Assembly (NCBI GenBank): GCA_944350345.1
Contig: CALVOP010000002.1
Coordinates: forward strand, 68,134 to 132,133
Reading direction: 5' to 3'
Origin: an uncultured Bacilli bacterium
GTDB taxonomy: Bacteria; Bacillota_I; Bacilli_A; RF39; UBA660
DNA: 64,000 nucleotides
Both the position numbers and the translations under genes were made by a program. Within the stretch, counting starts at the first letter, position 1; each line of letters starts with the position of its first letter. Shown one piece after another: positions 29,844-40,799 of the stretch. The notes beneath the pieces are model-generated. The model did no database searches, was not told the DNA's origin, and saw only the letters and a list, made by a program, of their open reading frames with translations.

Positions 29844-32405
29844 GTGAAACGAGCAATACTTGTAGACGGAAACAATCTTTTATTTAGAAGTTATTATGCA
29901 ACAGCATATAATGGAAATTTAATGAAAAATAGTAATGGGTTTCCAACTAATGCTATATTTGGTTTTGTAAATATGATAAATAAAATAATCTTAGAAGAAA
30001 AACCAGAATATATGTTAGTTGCTTTTGATAAAGGAAAAAACTTTCGTCATGAAAAATATAAAGAATATAAGGATGGAAGAATTAAAACGCCTGAAGATTT
30101 ATTACTTCAATTTCCATATGCAAAAATGGTATTAGAAAATATGGGAATAAAATATTTAGAAGTAGATAATTATGAAGCAGATGACATAATCGGAACATAC
30201 GCACGACTTGCAGATGAAGATAGAAATTACGATGCAACAATTATTAGTAGTGATAAAGATTTACTACAACTCATCAGTGATGATGTAAACGTTAAATTGC
30301 TCAAACAAAAAGACTACATTTTAATGAATACAGATACATTTAAAGAATACTATGGAGTCGAACCAATCAAAATGATAGACTTAAAAGCATTAATGGGAGA
30401 TGCAAGCGATAACATACCTGGGGTAAAAGGAATTGGTGAAAAAACCGCAATAAATTTAATAAAAGAATACGAGTCATTAGAAAATTTATACGATAAAATT
30501 GATACAGTTAAAGGAAAGACGAAAGACAAACTAATTGAAGACAAAGACAATGCTTTTTTTTCAAAAGAACTTGCAACAATATATAGAGAAGTTCCCGTTC
30601 CATACACATTTGAGGACTTAAAAATAGATAGCTATAATACGCTAGATTTAATAAAAATATATGAAGAACTAGAATTTAACTCACTAATAAAAAAACTTAA
30701 AGAATCTACATCTTCTGTTCAAAAAGAAAGCAATGATGAAATTCAATATAGTGACGTTCTAAAAATTGATAAACCATTTGCATTTTATCTAGAACTTACT
30801 AATGACAACTACCATATAGGAGAAATAATAGGCTTATCCATTTATGACGGAACAAAAAATTATTATTTAACTAAAGAAGAAATTATAAAAAACAAAGACA
30901 TCTTTAAATATGCAGCTTATACATATGACCTTAAAAAAAGTATGGTAGCATTAAAAAAACTTGATATAGATTTAACACATGTTAAATTTGACACCATGAT
31001 AGCTCTTTACCTACTAAACAAAAACGTAAATGATGATATAAGCTACGTATCAAATACATACGGATATAATATAAATTATTTAAGTGACATTAGAAAAAAC
31101 AATTTAGTAAAAGACATAGTTTTAAAAAGCAAATTTATTTATGAAATAGTCGAAGATTTAAAAACTGAATTAAAAAAATTTGAATTAGAAAAACTTTTTG
31201 ATGAAATAGAAATGCCATTAATTGAAGTATTAGCAAATATTGAAGAAAATGGTGTGAGAGTAAGTAAAAAAATACTAGATGAAATGAAAGAAGAAATATC
31301 TATAAAAATAAATATAGTAAAAGATAAAATATACAACTATGCAGGAACCGAGTTCAATATAAGTTCACCTAAACAATTGGGAGAAATACTTTTTGAAAAA
31401 TTAAACTTACCTTATAATAAGAAAAAAGGTAAAACAGGCTACTCCACAAGCCATGATGTACTTGTAAAACTAGCGGATATACATCCAATTATAAATTTAA
31501 TACTAGAATATAGGGAGATGACAAAACTTTATAGTACATATTTAGAAGGACTTAGTAATTACATATTAGAAGATGGAAAGATACACACAATATTCAAACA
31601 AACAATTGCAAGAACTGGCCGATTAAGTTCAACTGAACCAAATTTGCAAAACATACCAGTAAGAACAGAAGAAGGAAAATTAATAAGAAAAGCTTTTTTA
31701 CCTGAAGGTGGTTCATTAATAATGACTAGTGACTATTCTCAAATAGAACTTAGAGTTCTAGCACATATATCAAAATGTGAAAACCTTAAAAATGCTTTTT
31801 TAAACCACGAAGACATTCATACAAAAGTTGCAAGTGATATATATGGAGTACCGATTGAATCAGTAAGCAAAAGTATGAGAAGAACAGCAAAGGCAGTAAT
31901 TTTTGGAATAGTTTATGGAATAAGTGGATATGGATTAGGAGAAAACCTAGAAATAAATCCAAATGAAGCAAAAAAATTTATTGAAAAATATTTAAAGATG
32001 TATCCAGGTGTAAAAGAGTATATGGATAACATAAAAAAAGAAGCATATGAAAAATATTATGTAAAGACAATGTTTGGTAGAATTAGATATTTAGACGAAT
32101 TAAGAAATACAAACTATATGATTAGAAGTATGGGAGAAAGAATGGCATTAAATACACCAATACAAGGCAGTAGTGCAGATATAATAAAAAAAGCAATGAT
32201 TGATGTATATAAATATTTTAAAGAAAACAAATTAAAAAGCACGATGATATTACAAATACACGATGAATTAGTATTCAATGTAGTAAAAGAAGAAAAAGAA
32301 AAAGTAGAAAAAATAGTAACTGAACTTATGGAAAACGCATATAATTTAGATGTACCATTAAAAGTAGAAGTAGAATTTGGAGATAACTGGTACAACGCAA
32401 AGTAG
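29844..32405 (+). CDS. polA: DNA polymerase I
   Basis: 5'-3' exonuclease N-terminus (ILVDGNNLLFRSYYA), a Klenow-like polymerase domain (RRTAKAVIFGIVYGIS, ILQIHDELVF) and a GTG start after an AGAAGGTGA RBS. Confidence 0.85.
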   Translation: MKRAILVDGNNLLFRSYYATAYNGNLMKNSNGFPTNAIFGFVNMINKIILEEKPEYMLVAFDKGKNFRHEKYKEYKDGRIKTPEDLLLQFPYAKMVLENMGIKYLEVDNYEADDIIGTYARLADEDRNYDATIISSDKDLLQLISDDVNVKLLKQKDYILMNTDTFKEYYGVEPIKMIDLKALMGDASDNIPGVKGIGEKTAINLIKEYESLENLYDKIDTVKGKTKDKLIEDKDNAFFSKELATIYREVPVPYTFEDLKIDSYNTLDLIKIYEELEFNSLIKKLKESTSSVQKESNDEIQYSDVLKIDKPFAFYLELTNDNYHIGEIIGLSIYDGTKNYYLTKEEIIKNKDIFKYAAYTYDLKKSMVALKKLDIDLTHVKFDTMIALYLLNKNVNDDISYVSNTYGYNINYLSDIRKNNLVKDIVLKSKFIYEIVEDLKTELKKFELEKLFDEIEMPLIEVLANIEENGVRVSKKILDEMKEEISIKINIVKDKIYNYAGTEFNISSPKQLGEILFEKLNLPYNKKKGKTGYSTSHDVLVKLADIHPIINLILEYREMTKLYSTYLEGLSNYILEDGKIHTIFKQTIARTGRLSSTEPNLQNIPVRTEEGKLIRKAFLPEGGSLIMTSDYSQIELRVLAHISKCENLKNAFLNHEDIHTKVASDIYGVPIESVSKSMRRTAKAVIFGIVYGISGYGLGENLEINPNEAKKFIEKYLKMYPGVKEYMDNIKKEAYEKYYVKTMFGRIRYLDELRNTNYMIRSMGERMALNTPIQGSSADIIKKAMIDVYKYFKENKLKSTMILQIHDELVFNVVKEEKEKVEKIVTELMENAYNLDVPLKVEVEFGDNWYNAK

Positions 32406-32412
32406 GTGTAAT

Positions 32413-33264
32413 ATGACAAGCAAAGAACTTCTTGTAAGTTTAATAACTAACTTATCACTAGGAATTATAAAAGTGATAGGTGGTTTTTTTACGAATTCAA
32501 AAACATTAATAAGTGATGGAATACACTGTTTATCTGACATGTGTACAGATATAATTGGAATAATAGGCACAAAGTTAGCAAAGAAGAAACCTGACAAAGA
32601 ACACCCTTTTGGGCACGGAAAAATTGAATATGTAGCTAGTATGCTTATGAGTGTTTTTATAGTATTGTTAGGAATTACATGTGTAATAAATTCATTTAAA
32701 ACCACGAATAATGATACAAATGCAATTGCTTTAATAATATTATTCTTCTGTATACTTGTGAAACTTATATTAAGTAATTACTTATTAAAAAAAGGAAAGA
32801 AATTGAATAACTCTATATTAATAACAAACGGAACAGAAAGCAGATACGATGCATACAGTTCAATGTTTGCATTAGTATTTATTGCATTAAGTTTAATAAA
32901 TCCAAACAATAAAATAATAAATTATGATATTATTGGAAGTGTAATCATAGGCATTTTAACAATAAAAATTGGTATACAATTATTTATAAGAAACATACAA
33001 AGTGTAATAGGAGAAATAGATACAAATACAAATAGACAAGAAATACTAAAAAATATTATTTTAAAAGATAAAAAAATAAGTATAAAAAGACTAACAATAC
33101 TAAAATACGGACACTATGAAAACGTAATTATAGATTTATTTGTTAGTCCTAAAATGACTATAAAAGAATCATATAGAATTGAGAATAAAATAAAAACAGA
33201 ATTAAAAAAAGATGAAAGAATAAAGTATGTTACGGTAAGTTATGCTCCAAAAGACACTATTTAA
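32413..33264 (+). CDS. cation diffusion facilitator (CDF) family transporter
   Basis: TM domain with HCLSD, the HPFGHGKIEYVAS signature, and a C-terminal cytoplasmic domain. Start moved to the ATG at 32413 after an AGGTG RBS. Confidence 0.75.
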   Translation: MTSKELLVSLITNLSLGIIKVIGGFFTNSKTLISDGIHCLSDMCTDIIGIIGTKLAKKKPDKEHPFGHGKIEYVASMLMSVFIVLLGITCVINSFKTTNNDTNAIALIILFFCILVKLILSNYLLKKGKKLNNSILITNGTESRYDAYSSMFALVFIALSLINPNNKIINYDIIGSVIIGILTIKIGIQLFIRNIQSVIGEIDTNTNRQEILKNIILKDKKISIKRLTILKYGHYENVIIDLFVSPKMTIKESYRIENKIKTELKKDERIKYVTVSYAPKDTI

Positions 33265-34390
33265 TAATAACTTTACTTTTATACTCATCTCTAATAAGTT
33301 CAGGATTGTTTAAAATCATAGAATAGATTGTTGTTATCTTAAGTTCATAATTAAGCAATTTATAACCATTTTTAAATTTTGTTAATATAGGTAAAGAAGA
33401 AAGTTTTTTAGCACTTTTTAATATCTCTTTACCTTTTTTATTCATACCCAAAACACGAATATATTCTAGTTTAAAATTATTAGCTTCTGTCTTAGTTACA
33501 TTAAACAAAATAAATAACAAAATTCTACTAATTCTATTATAAGTATATCTTTTAGTTTTAACATTTAAAATGAGTTCGTTTAAATTACTACTAGTCAAAG
33601 CAGAATTGTATAAACGACTACAAATAGATTCATCTACTAAATGAAATTTAGATAGATCATCCTTGTTAATCAAAATATTATATTTTATTAAATTAAATAA
33701 CAAATTAAAATCAAAATTATTTTGTTTCAAATAATTATATGTTTCAGTAGGCACAGAATTTTTAAAATCCAAATTATTTAAATATTTATTCCTAATATTT
33801 GATGCACTTACAATATCAGAATCGCTTACTAAATCATTATAATCATTAGAGCGTTTTATAGATTTAATAATTATTTTATCATTTATTTCTAATACACTTT
33901 TTATATAAGAAACTGCCAAAATGTCATTAGGAGTATTTACATTTAAACCAGTCAAATTATAAATTGCATTTGAAAGACTAGTAGGATAATTAAGACCCTT
34001 ATTCATATTTGTTTTTACTAAGTTATCAAACTTTTTATTATTAAGTTGAACTTTAGCTACTTCAATCAATTTTGAAATATTATCAGATTCACTGCCAAAA
34101 ACTATTATATCTATACCAATTTCATTTAACAATTTTACTGCGTTAAAAGCGAAAGTATCAGCGCTTTGACAAAAAACTGAAGGTAGTTCAATAACTAAGT
34201 CAACGCCATTATTAAGAGCAACATTGGTTTTCTGCCACTTGTTTAACAAACTAATTTCTCCACGCATAGTAATAGTAGAACTCATTACTACTACAATAGA
34301 ACAGTCTTTATATATTTTTTTAATTTCATTAATTTGATAAATATGTCCATTATGAAATGGATTATATTCAACAATTATTCCAATTTTCAT
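33257..34390 (-). CDS. tmcAL: tRNA(Met) cytidine acetate ligase TmcAL-like nucleotidyltransferase (YlbM family)
   Basis: N-terminal GIIVEYNPFHNGHIYQ (HxGH nucleotidyltransferase motif), about 377 aa. Confidence 0.6.
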   Translation of the reverse strand: MKIGIIVEYNPFHNGHIYQINEIKKIYKDCSIVVVMSSTITMRGEISLLNKWQKTNVALNNGVDLVIELPSVFCQSADTFAFNAVKLLNEIGIDIIVFGSESDNISKLIEVAKVQLNNKKFDNLVKTNMNKGLNYPTSLSNAIYNLTGLNVNTPNDILAVSYIKSVLEINDKIIIKSIKRSNDYNDLVSDSDIVSASNIRNKYLNNLDFKNSVPTETYNYLKQNNFDFNLLFNLIKYNILINKDDLSKFHLVDESICSRLYNSALTSSNLNELILNVKTKRYTYNRISRILLFILFNVTKTEANNFKLEYIRVLGMNKKGKEILKSAKKLSSLPILTKFKNGYKLLNYELKITTIYSMILNNPELIRDEYKSKVIIK

Positions 34391-34532
34391 ATTATTTCTC
34401 CCAAAATAATTTTAACACATTTTAATAATTATTGTATTTTTTATTAAAAAAGTTTAAAATTTAATTAAAAAATAAAAATTGATTTTGAAAACAATTTAAT
34501 GTATAATATGGAAACAAGAAAGTGAAGATAGC

Positions 34533-35510
34533 ATGAAAAAAGATAAATTTTTATTATTGTTACAAGGTCTTGAACAAATTGGGGTTGCAGAAGAAGAATT
34601 ATTAAAAGTATTAAATTTGGATGAAAATATATTAGATTTATTAGCTAGTGTAAATTTAATGGAATTAAATGAATATGTTAATATAATTGAACTGTATCCA
34701 TTAGCAAATTATAATCTTCGCGAAATAATTATGATTTTAAGAAATGCTAAGCATTTTTGTGTAACTGCAGATGTTTTGTTAAGTAAAAGATTAATTGAAG
34801 CAGGGATTGTATTAGAAGGTGCTAGAATAGTAAATGAGTCAAAAGAATATTTTAATGCCAAATATGCGAGCCAAGTTTTAATGGATGAGGGTGCAGTAAG
34901 GTCTGGTATAGCTCTAGAAGGGGCAAAAATAATAAATGAGTCAAAAAAATATTTTAATGCTAAATATGCGAGCCAAGTTTTAACGGATGAAAGTGCGGTA
35001 AGATCTGGTATTTCTTTAGAAGGGGCAAAAATAATAAATGAGTCAAAAGAATATTTTAATGCCAAATATGCAAGCCAAGTTTTAACAAATGAAGATGCAA
35101 TAAAATCCGGCATAGCATTAGATGGTGCAAAAACAATAAATGAATCCGATAACGAATTTAATTCCCAATATGCGAGCCAAGTTTTAATGGATGAGGGTGC
35201 AATAAAATCCGGCATAGCATTAGAAGGAGCTAGAATAATAAATGAGTCAAAAAAATATTTTAATGCTAAATGTGCCAGTGAATTTTTATTAAATGAAAGG
35301 GCATTAGAATTAGGCAATGCTGTCACATTGGCTACAAAAGCAAATGAACTTAAACATCCTTTTGAACGTCAATATTTAATTAATTACTCTGGTATTTATG
35401 AGCAAAAAAAAGATTACAATTTTGGTGATTTTATTTCAAGTGTAGAATGTGCGAACACTGATGACATTGATGTTGATGAATTTGTTAAAAGATTGATTCC
35501 AAGAAAGTAA
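34533..35510 (+). CDS. hypothetical protein with five tandem 34-aa repeats
   Basis: Repeat unit SGIALEGAKIINESKKYFNAKYASQVLxDExAVR occurs five times (102-bp period). No recognisable family. Confidence 0.6.
   Translation: MKKDKFLLLLQGLEQIGVAEEELLKVLNLDENILDLLASVNLMELNEYVNIIELYPLANYNLREIIMILRNAKHFCVTADVLLSKRLIEAGIVLEGARIVNESKEYFNAKYASQVLMDEGAVRSGIALEGAKIINESKKYFNAKYASQVLTDESAVRSGISLEGAKIINESKEYFNAKYASQVLTNEDAIKSGIALDGAKTINESDNEFNSQYASQVLMDEGAIKSGIALEGARIINESKKYFNAKCASEFLLNERALELGNAVTLATKANELKHPFERQYLINYSGIYEQKKDYNFGDFISSVECANTDDIDVDEFVKRLIPRK
34803..35310 (+). repeat. 102-bp coding tandem repeat, about 5 copies
   Basis: Direct nucleotide repeats visible in the sequence (gaaggtgctagaatagtaaatgagtcaaaagaatattttaatgccaaatatgcgagccaagtttta...). 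Confidence 0.7.
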
Positions 35511-35576
35511 ATATAATTTACATTAAAAAGTTTAATTTAAAAAAATGAAATTATTAATAAATAACTATATTTATAG

Positions 35577-36272
35577 TTATTTATTATAATGTTGTAGTTT
35601 TTTAGTTAATGTATATACGCTATCTACCATGGGTATATGGCGATAAAATAATAAATAAGGATTAGAGTATGGAACTTTGTATCCATTAAATTCTTTTAAC
35701 ATTTCAATGTCATTTATAGAGTTACCAATAGAATAAATATTAAGATTTTTAACTGACAATTTTAGTTTTTTTAATAGCGCTAGCAAGCCAGCTCTTTTAT
35801 TAGACTGATGAAAAAAACTTATTTTTTTTAAAAATATACTTATTTTCATTCCAAATTCTAAATCTTTTAAACTACTTGATTTTATAAATTTATTTGTATC
35901 TACTCTAACACTATAAGGTGTATCAAAAGTTAAATTTCCTTCAAAATCGTAATACCCAATATTTTTAATTCCATATAAAAACTCAATAATATCTAAATAT
36001 AAAAAAATTTCAGATTCTGTTAAACCATTTATATAAACGGCATAACCATTATTATCTAATATTATATTGCCATTACTACAAATGAGATAATCATATGGAA
36101 TAGAATAATTATGAATCTCATTTAAAATGTGCTTAGGTTTTCTCGCTGTTGAAATTACAAACAAGTTTCCGTTTGCCTTAAATTCTTTAATTCCATCTAT
36201 ATTTTTATTGAAAAGTGGTTTAAAATAAAAGGGATTCAAAGTTCCATCATAATCGCTTACTAAAATTTGCAT
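35577..36272 (-). CDS. HAD-superfamily hydrolase (Cof-like, subfamily IIB)
   Basis: N-terminal DYDGTL motif I and a C-terminal GNSINDIEML motif IV. Confidence 0.7.
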   Translation of the reverse strand: MQILVSDYDGTLNPFYFKPLFNKNIDGIKEFKANGNLFVISTARKPKHILNEIHNYSIPYDYLICSNGNIILDNNGYAVYINGLTESEIFLYLDIIEFLYGIKNIGYYDFEGNLTFDTPYSVRVDTNKFIKSSSLKDLEFGMKISIFLKKISFFHQSNKRAGLLALLKKLKLSVKNLNIYSIGNSINDIEMLKEFNGYKVPYSNPYLLFYRHIPMVDSVYTLTKKLQHYNK

Positions 36273-36362
36273 GAATATCCTCCATAAAAAAATATTTTAT
36301 CATAAAATATTTTTTACAACAATATATGAAAAAATATAAAAATATAGTATAATGTAATCGAG

Positions 36363-36854
36363 GTGAAAAAGTTGATAATTGATTTAAATCCTTTATTTAA
36401 CGGAATAAAATCTACTATTTATTTTGACAAAATTTTTAATTTTTCTTTAGAAAAATTAAAAAATACAAGTATCAAAAAGTTATCTAGTGTTAAAGTAAAC
36501 GGAAAGATTACAAAAATAAGTGATTATAGCATAGATTTAACTATGGAAATAAAAACAAATATGACATTAGAAGATTCCGTAACTTTAGAAGAAATTGAAT
36601 ATCCAGTAAATATACAATTTAACAGTATAATAGATAGTGATGAAGATGATGAGGAATCTTGCAAAATCTTGCAAAATACACTTGATATTCTTCCAATTGT
36701 GTGGGAAAATATAGTATTAGAGGTTCCCCTTCGTGTAGTAAAAGAAGAAAAGGAAACTATTATTGAAGGTGATGGTTGGTCATTAAATAAAATAGAAAAT
36801 GATTCACCATTGAGTAATTTAAAAGAACTATTAGATATGGAGGAAAGAAGATGA
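36363..36854 (+). CDS. YceD/DUF177 family protein
   Basis: Conserved position immediately upstream of rpmF; acidic protein of the expected size. The start is uncertain: GTG at 36363 or TTG at 36372. Confidence 0.6.
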   Translation: MKKLIIDLNPLFNGIKSTIYFDKIFNFSLEKLKNTSIKKLSSVKVNGKITKISDYSIDLTMEIKTNMTLEDSVTLEEIEYPVNIQFNSIIDSDEDDEESCKILQNTLDILPIVWENIVLEVPLRVVKEEKETIIEGDGWSLNKIENDSPLSNLKELLDMEERR

Positions 36855-37057
36855 AATTGAATTTACAAATGTTTGCTGTTCCTTTTAGAAGAGTAAGTAA
36901 GACAGCAAAACGTCAACGTAGAACTCATTTAAAAAAGGACGCGCCAACTGTTGTTACATGTAAACAATGCGGTGCACCAATCGCTTCTCATAGAGCTTGT
37001 ACTAAATGCGGTTACTATAAAGGAAAAGAAGTTATAAAAATTAAAGAAGAAAATTAA
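36851..37057 (+). CDS. rpmF: 50S ribosomal protein L32
   Basis: [18 protein letters not shown] matches bL32, and a CxxC...CxxC zinc ribbon is present. The true start may be the internal ATG at 36872 (MFAVPFRR). Confidence 0.8.
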   Translation: MKLNLQMFAVPFRRVSKTAKRQRRTHLKKDAPTVVTCKQCGAPIASHRACTKCGYYKGKEVIKIKEEN

Positions 37058-37080
37058 TTCACATGATTGTGAATTTTTTT
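37058..37080 (+). terminator. rho-independent terminator after rpmF
   Basis: TTCACA-tgat-TGTGAA perfect hairpin followed by TTTTTTT. Confidence 0.65.
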
Positions 37081-37193
37081 ATATATTTTTTTACGTATTT
37101 TTGTGAATTATGATGTTTTAATGTTTTCTAATAATACAAGAAAAAATAATATTTTTTTATAATGAAAATATAATTAATACAAAGGGGGATAGT

Positions 37194-38411
37194 ATGAAAA
37201 TAATTTTAAAAAAATATTTGTTTCCAATCACAGTACTTATAGCAATTGTAATTGGTACATTTATTGGAATATATGCACCTAATTTTGCAAAAGCAATAAA
37301 ACCGTTTGGAGACATTTTTTTAAATTTAATGTTTACAATAGTTGTCCCATTAGTTTTTGTAACAATTGCCAGTTCAATTGCTAACATGGTTAATATAAGA
37401 AGATTGGGAAAAATAATGGGAAGAATGTTTTCAGTGTTTTTTGTTACATGTGCTATTTCAGCTGTAGTTATGCTTATTGCAACTATAATTTATGATCCGG
37501 CTGTAGGTACAAATATTACTGTTGAAGCGGGAGAGGCTGTAGAGGCTACTAATATTGGTGAAAAAATTGTCGCAGCATTGACTGTAACAGACTTCAGCGA
37601 GTTATTAAGCAGAAGTAATATGCTACCATTAATTGTATTCACTATATTGGTTGGAATTGGAATAAGTACATTAGGGGAGAAAGGAAAAAAATTAGCAGAA
37701 ATGCTAAGTATTGCAAGTCAAGCCATGATGAAAGTTGTAAAGTACATTATGTATTACGCACCATTTGGCCTTTGTGCTTACTTTGCATCATTAGTTAGTG
37801 TGTTTGGGGCAGCGTTACTAGAGGGTTACATAAAAGCATTTATTTTATATACCGTTGTTGGAATTATATATTTTTTAGTTTTTTACACTATATACGCTTA
37901 TGTAGCGGGTGGAATAAAAGGGATTAAATTGTTTTACAAAAATGTGTTAACACCAACTGCGACAGCTCTTGCAACTCAGTCGAGTTTAGCTAGTTTACCT
38001 AGCAATCTAGAAGCAGCAAAAAACATTGGTGTTAGAGAAGATGTAAGAGAGGTCTGTTTACCGATAGGAACCACTATGAATATGCATGGTAGTGTAATGG
38101 GAGCAATTTTAAAAATAGCATTTTTGTTTACTGTATTTGGCGAGTCATTTGGTGGTATTGGAACATTTGCAATAGCAATTTTAATAGCAATCTTGAGCGG
38201 GATGGTAATGTCGGGTATTCCTGGTGGCGGTTTGATTGGCGAGATGCTAATAGTTAGTTTATACAATTTTCCGGTTGGAGCGTTTGCAATAATTGCAACG
38301 ATTGGGATAGTTATTGATGCACCGGCAACTGCCGTTAATGTTGTAGGAAACACAGCAACATCAATGTTAATCAATAGGTTTACTGAAGGAAAAAATTGGG
38401 TAAAAAAATAA
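37194..38411 (+). CDS. dicarboxylate/amino acid:cation symporter (DAACS/SDF family)
   Basis: Multi-TM protein with the conserved SSLASLPSNLEAAKNIGVRE reentrant-loop region typical of GltP/SstT-type transporters. Confidence 0.75.
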   Translation: MKIILKKYLFPITVLIAIVIGTFIGIYAPNFAKAIKPFGDIFLNLMFTIVVPLVFVTIASSIANMVNIRRLGKIMGRMFSVFFVTCAISAVVMLIATIIYDPAVGTNITVEAGEAVEATNIGEKIVAALTVTDFSELLSRSNMLPLIVFTILVGIGISTLGEKGKKLAEMLSIASQAMMKVVKYIMYYAPFGLCAYFASLVSVFGAALLEGYIKAFILYTVVGIIYFLVFYTIYAYVAGGIKGIKLFYKNVLTPTATALATQSSLASLPSNLEAAKNIGVREDVREVCLPIGTTMNMHGSVMGAILKIAFLFTVFGESFGGIGTFAIAILIAILSGMVMSGIPGGGLIGEMLIVSLYNFPVGAFAIIATIGIVIDAPATAVNVVGNTATSMLINRFTEGKNWVKK

Positions 38412-38426
38412 AATAGTAAGTAAAAG

Positions 38427-38449
38427 CGACTTTGTTTAAAGTCGTTTTT
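38427..38449 (+). terminator. rho-independent terminator
   Basis: CGACTTT-gttt-AAAGTCG hairpin followed by TTTTTA. Confidence 0.6.
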
Positions 38450-38745
38450 ATGTGGATAATATACAATTATTATATAAATAATTTGTAAATACTTGCTCAA
38501 AAATATAATATTAACTATTTAGATTTTTTATTTGCAGTTATCAAGATTATTTTTTTGAACAAACATATTTAGCTTTTTAAAACTTTTAAAACGTAATATT
38601 TATAAGGAGTATTTCCTATTTTTTGGTTTTATTTTAGCAAATTAGATATAAAATTCTTCTCATTATTTTTTAAAAGTTCACATTATTTTTGACAAATAAT
38701 AGGGTAAATGTTAAAATATTAGTAATTTTTACGGAGGAATATATT

Positions 38746-40539
38746 ATGTCTAAAAAACCATCTGAAGAAAAAGTTTGGGAAAAATTTTATTCAAAAAAAC
38801 AACTTAATATAAATATACCTAATCAGACTATATTATCATCAGTAATGCAGTTTAATAAAAACAGGTTAAATTTGGTTGCTAGGAATTATTATGGAAGGAA
38901 ATTAACTTATAATGATTATTTTGCTGAGATTTTTAAATGCATTTACGCTTTGATGGCGCAGGGAATAGAAAAAGGAGATGTTATTACTTTTTTAACTCCG
39001 ACATTACTTGAAAGTGAGTATTTATTTTATGCGGCTACAGAACTTGGTGCTGTAGCTAATTTAGTAGATCCTAGAGTTGATTTAAATAGTATTAAAAAGT
39101 ATATAACTAGTACAAATACTAAATTAATTGCGTCTATTGATGTTGCTTATCCTAAATTAAAACCGTTATTTGAAGAATTAGATATACCTGTTTTAAGACT
39201 TTCTGCTAATGATTCATTACCTTTTGGTTTAAATATTGCAAAAGAAGCAAAGGATGTTATTGATTTGCTTAAAAGTCCTAAACCTGTCATGCCTAAAAAT
39301 GGAAAATTCATGACTTATAAATCTTTTATAGAAAAAGGCAAAGCACAAGAGCTTAAAATTATAAATAGAGATTACGATCCAAATAGGCTTGCTGTTTTAG
39401 AATATACTGGCGGAACTACTGGTGTTCAAAAAGCAGCTATGATGAGTGCGGGCGCTATTAATGCACAGATATTTTTGCAGGGTAATTGTTTAGAAAGGCT
39501 TAGAGTGGGGGATACTTTTTTAAATATTATGCCAATGTTTTTAAGTTATGGACTTGTTTGCGGGACTATTACGTCTATGTCTAGAGGTATGGAAGTGATT
39601 TTGGTTCCTGGATTTAAAGAAGATATGTTAGATGATTTGCTTTTAAAATATAGGCCTAATCATATGTGCGGTGTACCTAAATTTTATGAGCGCTTACCTG
39701 AAAGTGAAAAATTAAAGATGGCAGATTTATCTCACCTTCATAGTGCAATTGCTGGTGGGGCACCTATGACTTTGAGTAGTGAAAGAAAGGTAAACAGATT
39801 TTTAAAGAGTCATGCCAGTAGTGCTAGAATACAGCTTGGGTACGGTATGACTGAATTAGCTAGTGCTTTTGCTTATAATTGGTTTGATAGGTGTCATGAA
39901 GAAGGCTATGTAGGGATTCCATTACCTAAATGTAATATGAAAGTAGTAGATGAAAACGGTAATGAGCTTTCATATAATGAACAAGGTAGTTTGTATTGTT
40001 CTGGGCCTATTATAATGAACGGCTATTCTAATGAAGAAGTTAATGCAATAAAAACTGATAATAATGGTTTGAAATGGGTTAATACCGGTGACTATGCTAT
40101 TATAAATGAGGAAGGGCTGTTAAAAATAGTTGGGAGAAAGAAAAGAAGTATTATAAGGCCCGATGGACATAATGTTTTTCCTAGTAATATCGAAGAAGTT
40201 ATAGCAAGTCATGATTCAGTAAGTGAAGTAATGGTAATTGGTTTATCAGATAATGGTTATGAAAATGGCGAAATTCCTTCGGCATTTGTTAAATTAAATG
40301 ATGATAATACTAAAAATTTGACTCTTATAGAAGAAGAATTGAAAAAAATGAATTTAGAAAATTTGCCTGAAAGAGATGTGGCATTGCAATACTTTTTTGT
40401 AAAAGAGTTGCCTTATACAAAAGGAGTAAAACCTGATTTTGTTGGATTAAAAAAAATGTTTGAAGAGGGAACACTTGAATATTTTTTATCTACTGATGAG
40501 ATAACTTTAAAACATAGACAAAAAAGAAGATTTATTTAG
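38746..40539 (+). CDS. AMP-dependent synthetase/ligase (acyl-CoA synthetase-like)
   Basis: AMP-binding motif LEYTGGTTGVQKAAMMS and a C-terminal domain. Start moved to the ATG at 38746 after a GGAGGAA RBS. Confidence 0.75.
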   Translation: MSKKPSEEKVWEKFYSKKQLNINIPNQTILSSVMQFNKNRLNLVARNYYGRKLTYNDYFAEIFKCIYALMAQGIEKGDVITFLTPTLLESEYLFYAATELGAVANLVDPRVDLNSIKKYITSTNTKLIASIDVAYPKLKPLFEELDIPVLRLSANDSLPFGLNIAKEAKDVIDLLKSPKPVMPKNGKFMTYKSFIEKGKAQELKIINRDYDPNRLAVLEYTGGTTGVQKAAMMSAGAINAQIFLQGNCLERLRVGDTFLNIMPMFLSYGLVCGTITSMSRGMEVILVPGFKEDMLDDLLLKYRPNHMCGVPKFYERLPESEKLKMADLSHLHSAIAGGAPMTLSSERKVNRFLKSHASSARIQLGYGMTELASAFAYNWFDRCHEEGYVGIPLPKCNMKVVDENGNELSYNEQGSLYCSGPIIMNGYSNEEVNAIKTDNNGLKWVNTGDYAIINEEGLLKIVGRKKRSIIRPDGHNVFPSNIEEVIASHDSVSEVMVIGLSDNGYENGEIPSAFVKLNDDNTKNLTLIEEELKKMNLENLPERDVALQYFFVKELPYTKGVKPDFVGLKKMFEEGTLEYFLSTDEITLKHRQKRRFI

Positions 40540-40799
40540 TCTTCTTTTTATTATTAGTTTGTACTAATTTTTACAGTGTTATTGAATTTTAAATAAATTT
40601 TTATGGATTTTTTCTTTTTTTATGTTAAAATTAATGTATAGATAATAGTTAATTGTATATGTTATGCAAAAATAGTTTTATATAGTATATGTAAGCTAAC
40701 TGTGTAATTGTGCCATTAAGAGAAAGGTGGTGTATTCGAGATTGTTTTCTCGATAATAGTATGTTTTTTTTAGATTTTGTTTGTAATTCTTCAGGATTA

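Noticed and set aside
34803-35310. Regular direct repeats that might suggest a CRISPR array, also at 41193-41305.
   Set aside because: Units are contiguous with no unique spacers, lie in frame inside ORFs, and no cas genes are present. They are coding tandem repeats.
34709-35326. 205-aa minus-strand ORF antisense to the tandem-repeat protein gene.
   Set aside because: Produced by the periodicity of the 102-bp repeats. The sense ORF has an RBS and a non-repetitive N- and C-terminus.
40568-40799. The conserved 230-nt leader of the duplicated NlpC/P60 genes as a c-di-AMP (ydaO) riboswitch or a WalR box.
   Set aside because: No GC-rich ydaO core motifs. Only partial TGTAAG-N5-TGTGTA resemblance to the WalR consensus. 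Not supportable without a covariance-model search.
40710-40799. N-terminal extension MPLRERWCIRDCFLDNSMFFLDFVCNSSGL from the track ORFs at 40710 and 62778.
   Set aside because: It requires a GTG start and lacks an RBS. The downstream ATG at 40800/62868 begins a canonical signal-anchor (MKLVYFIKLLL...).
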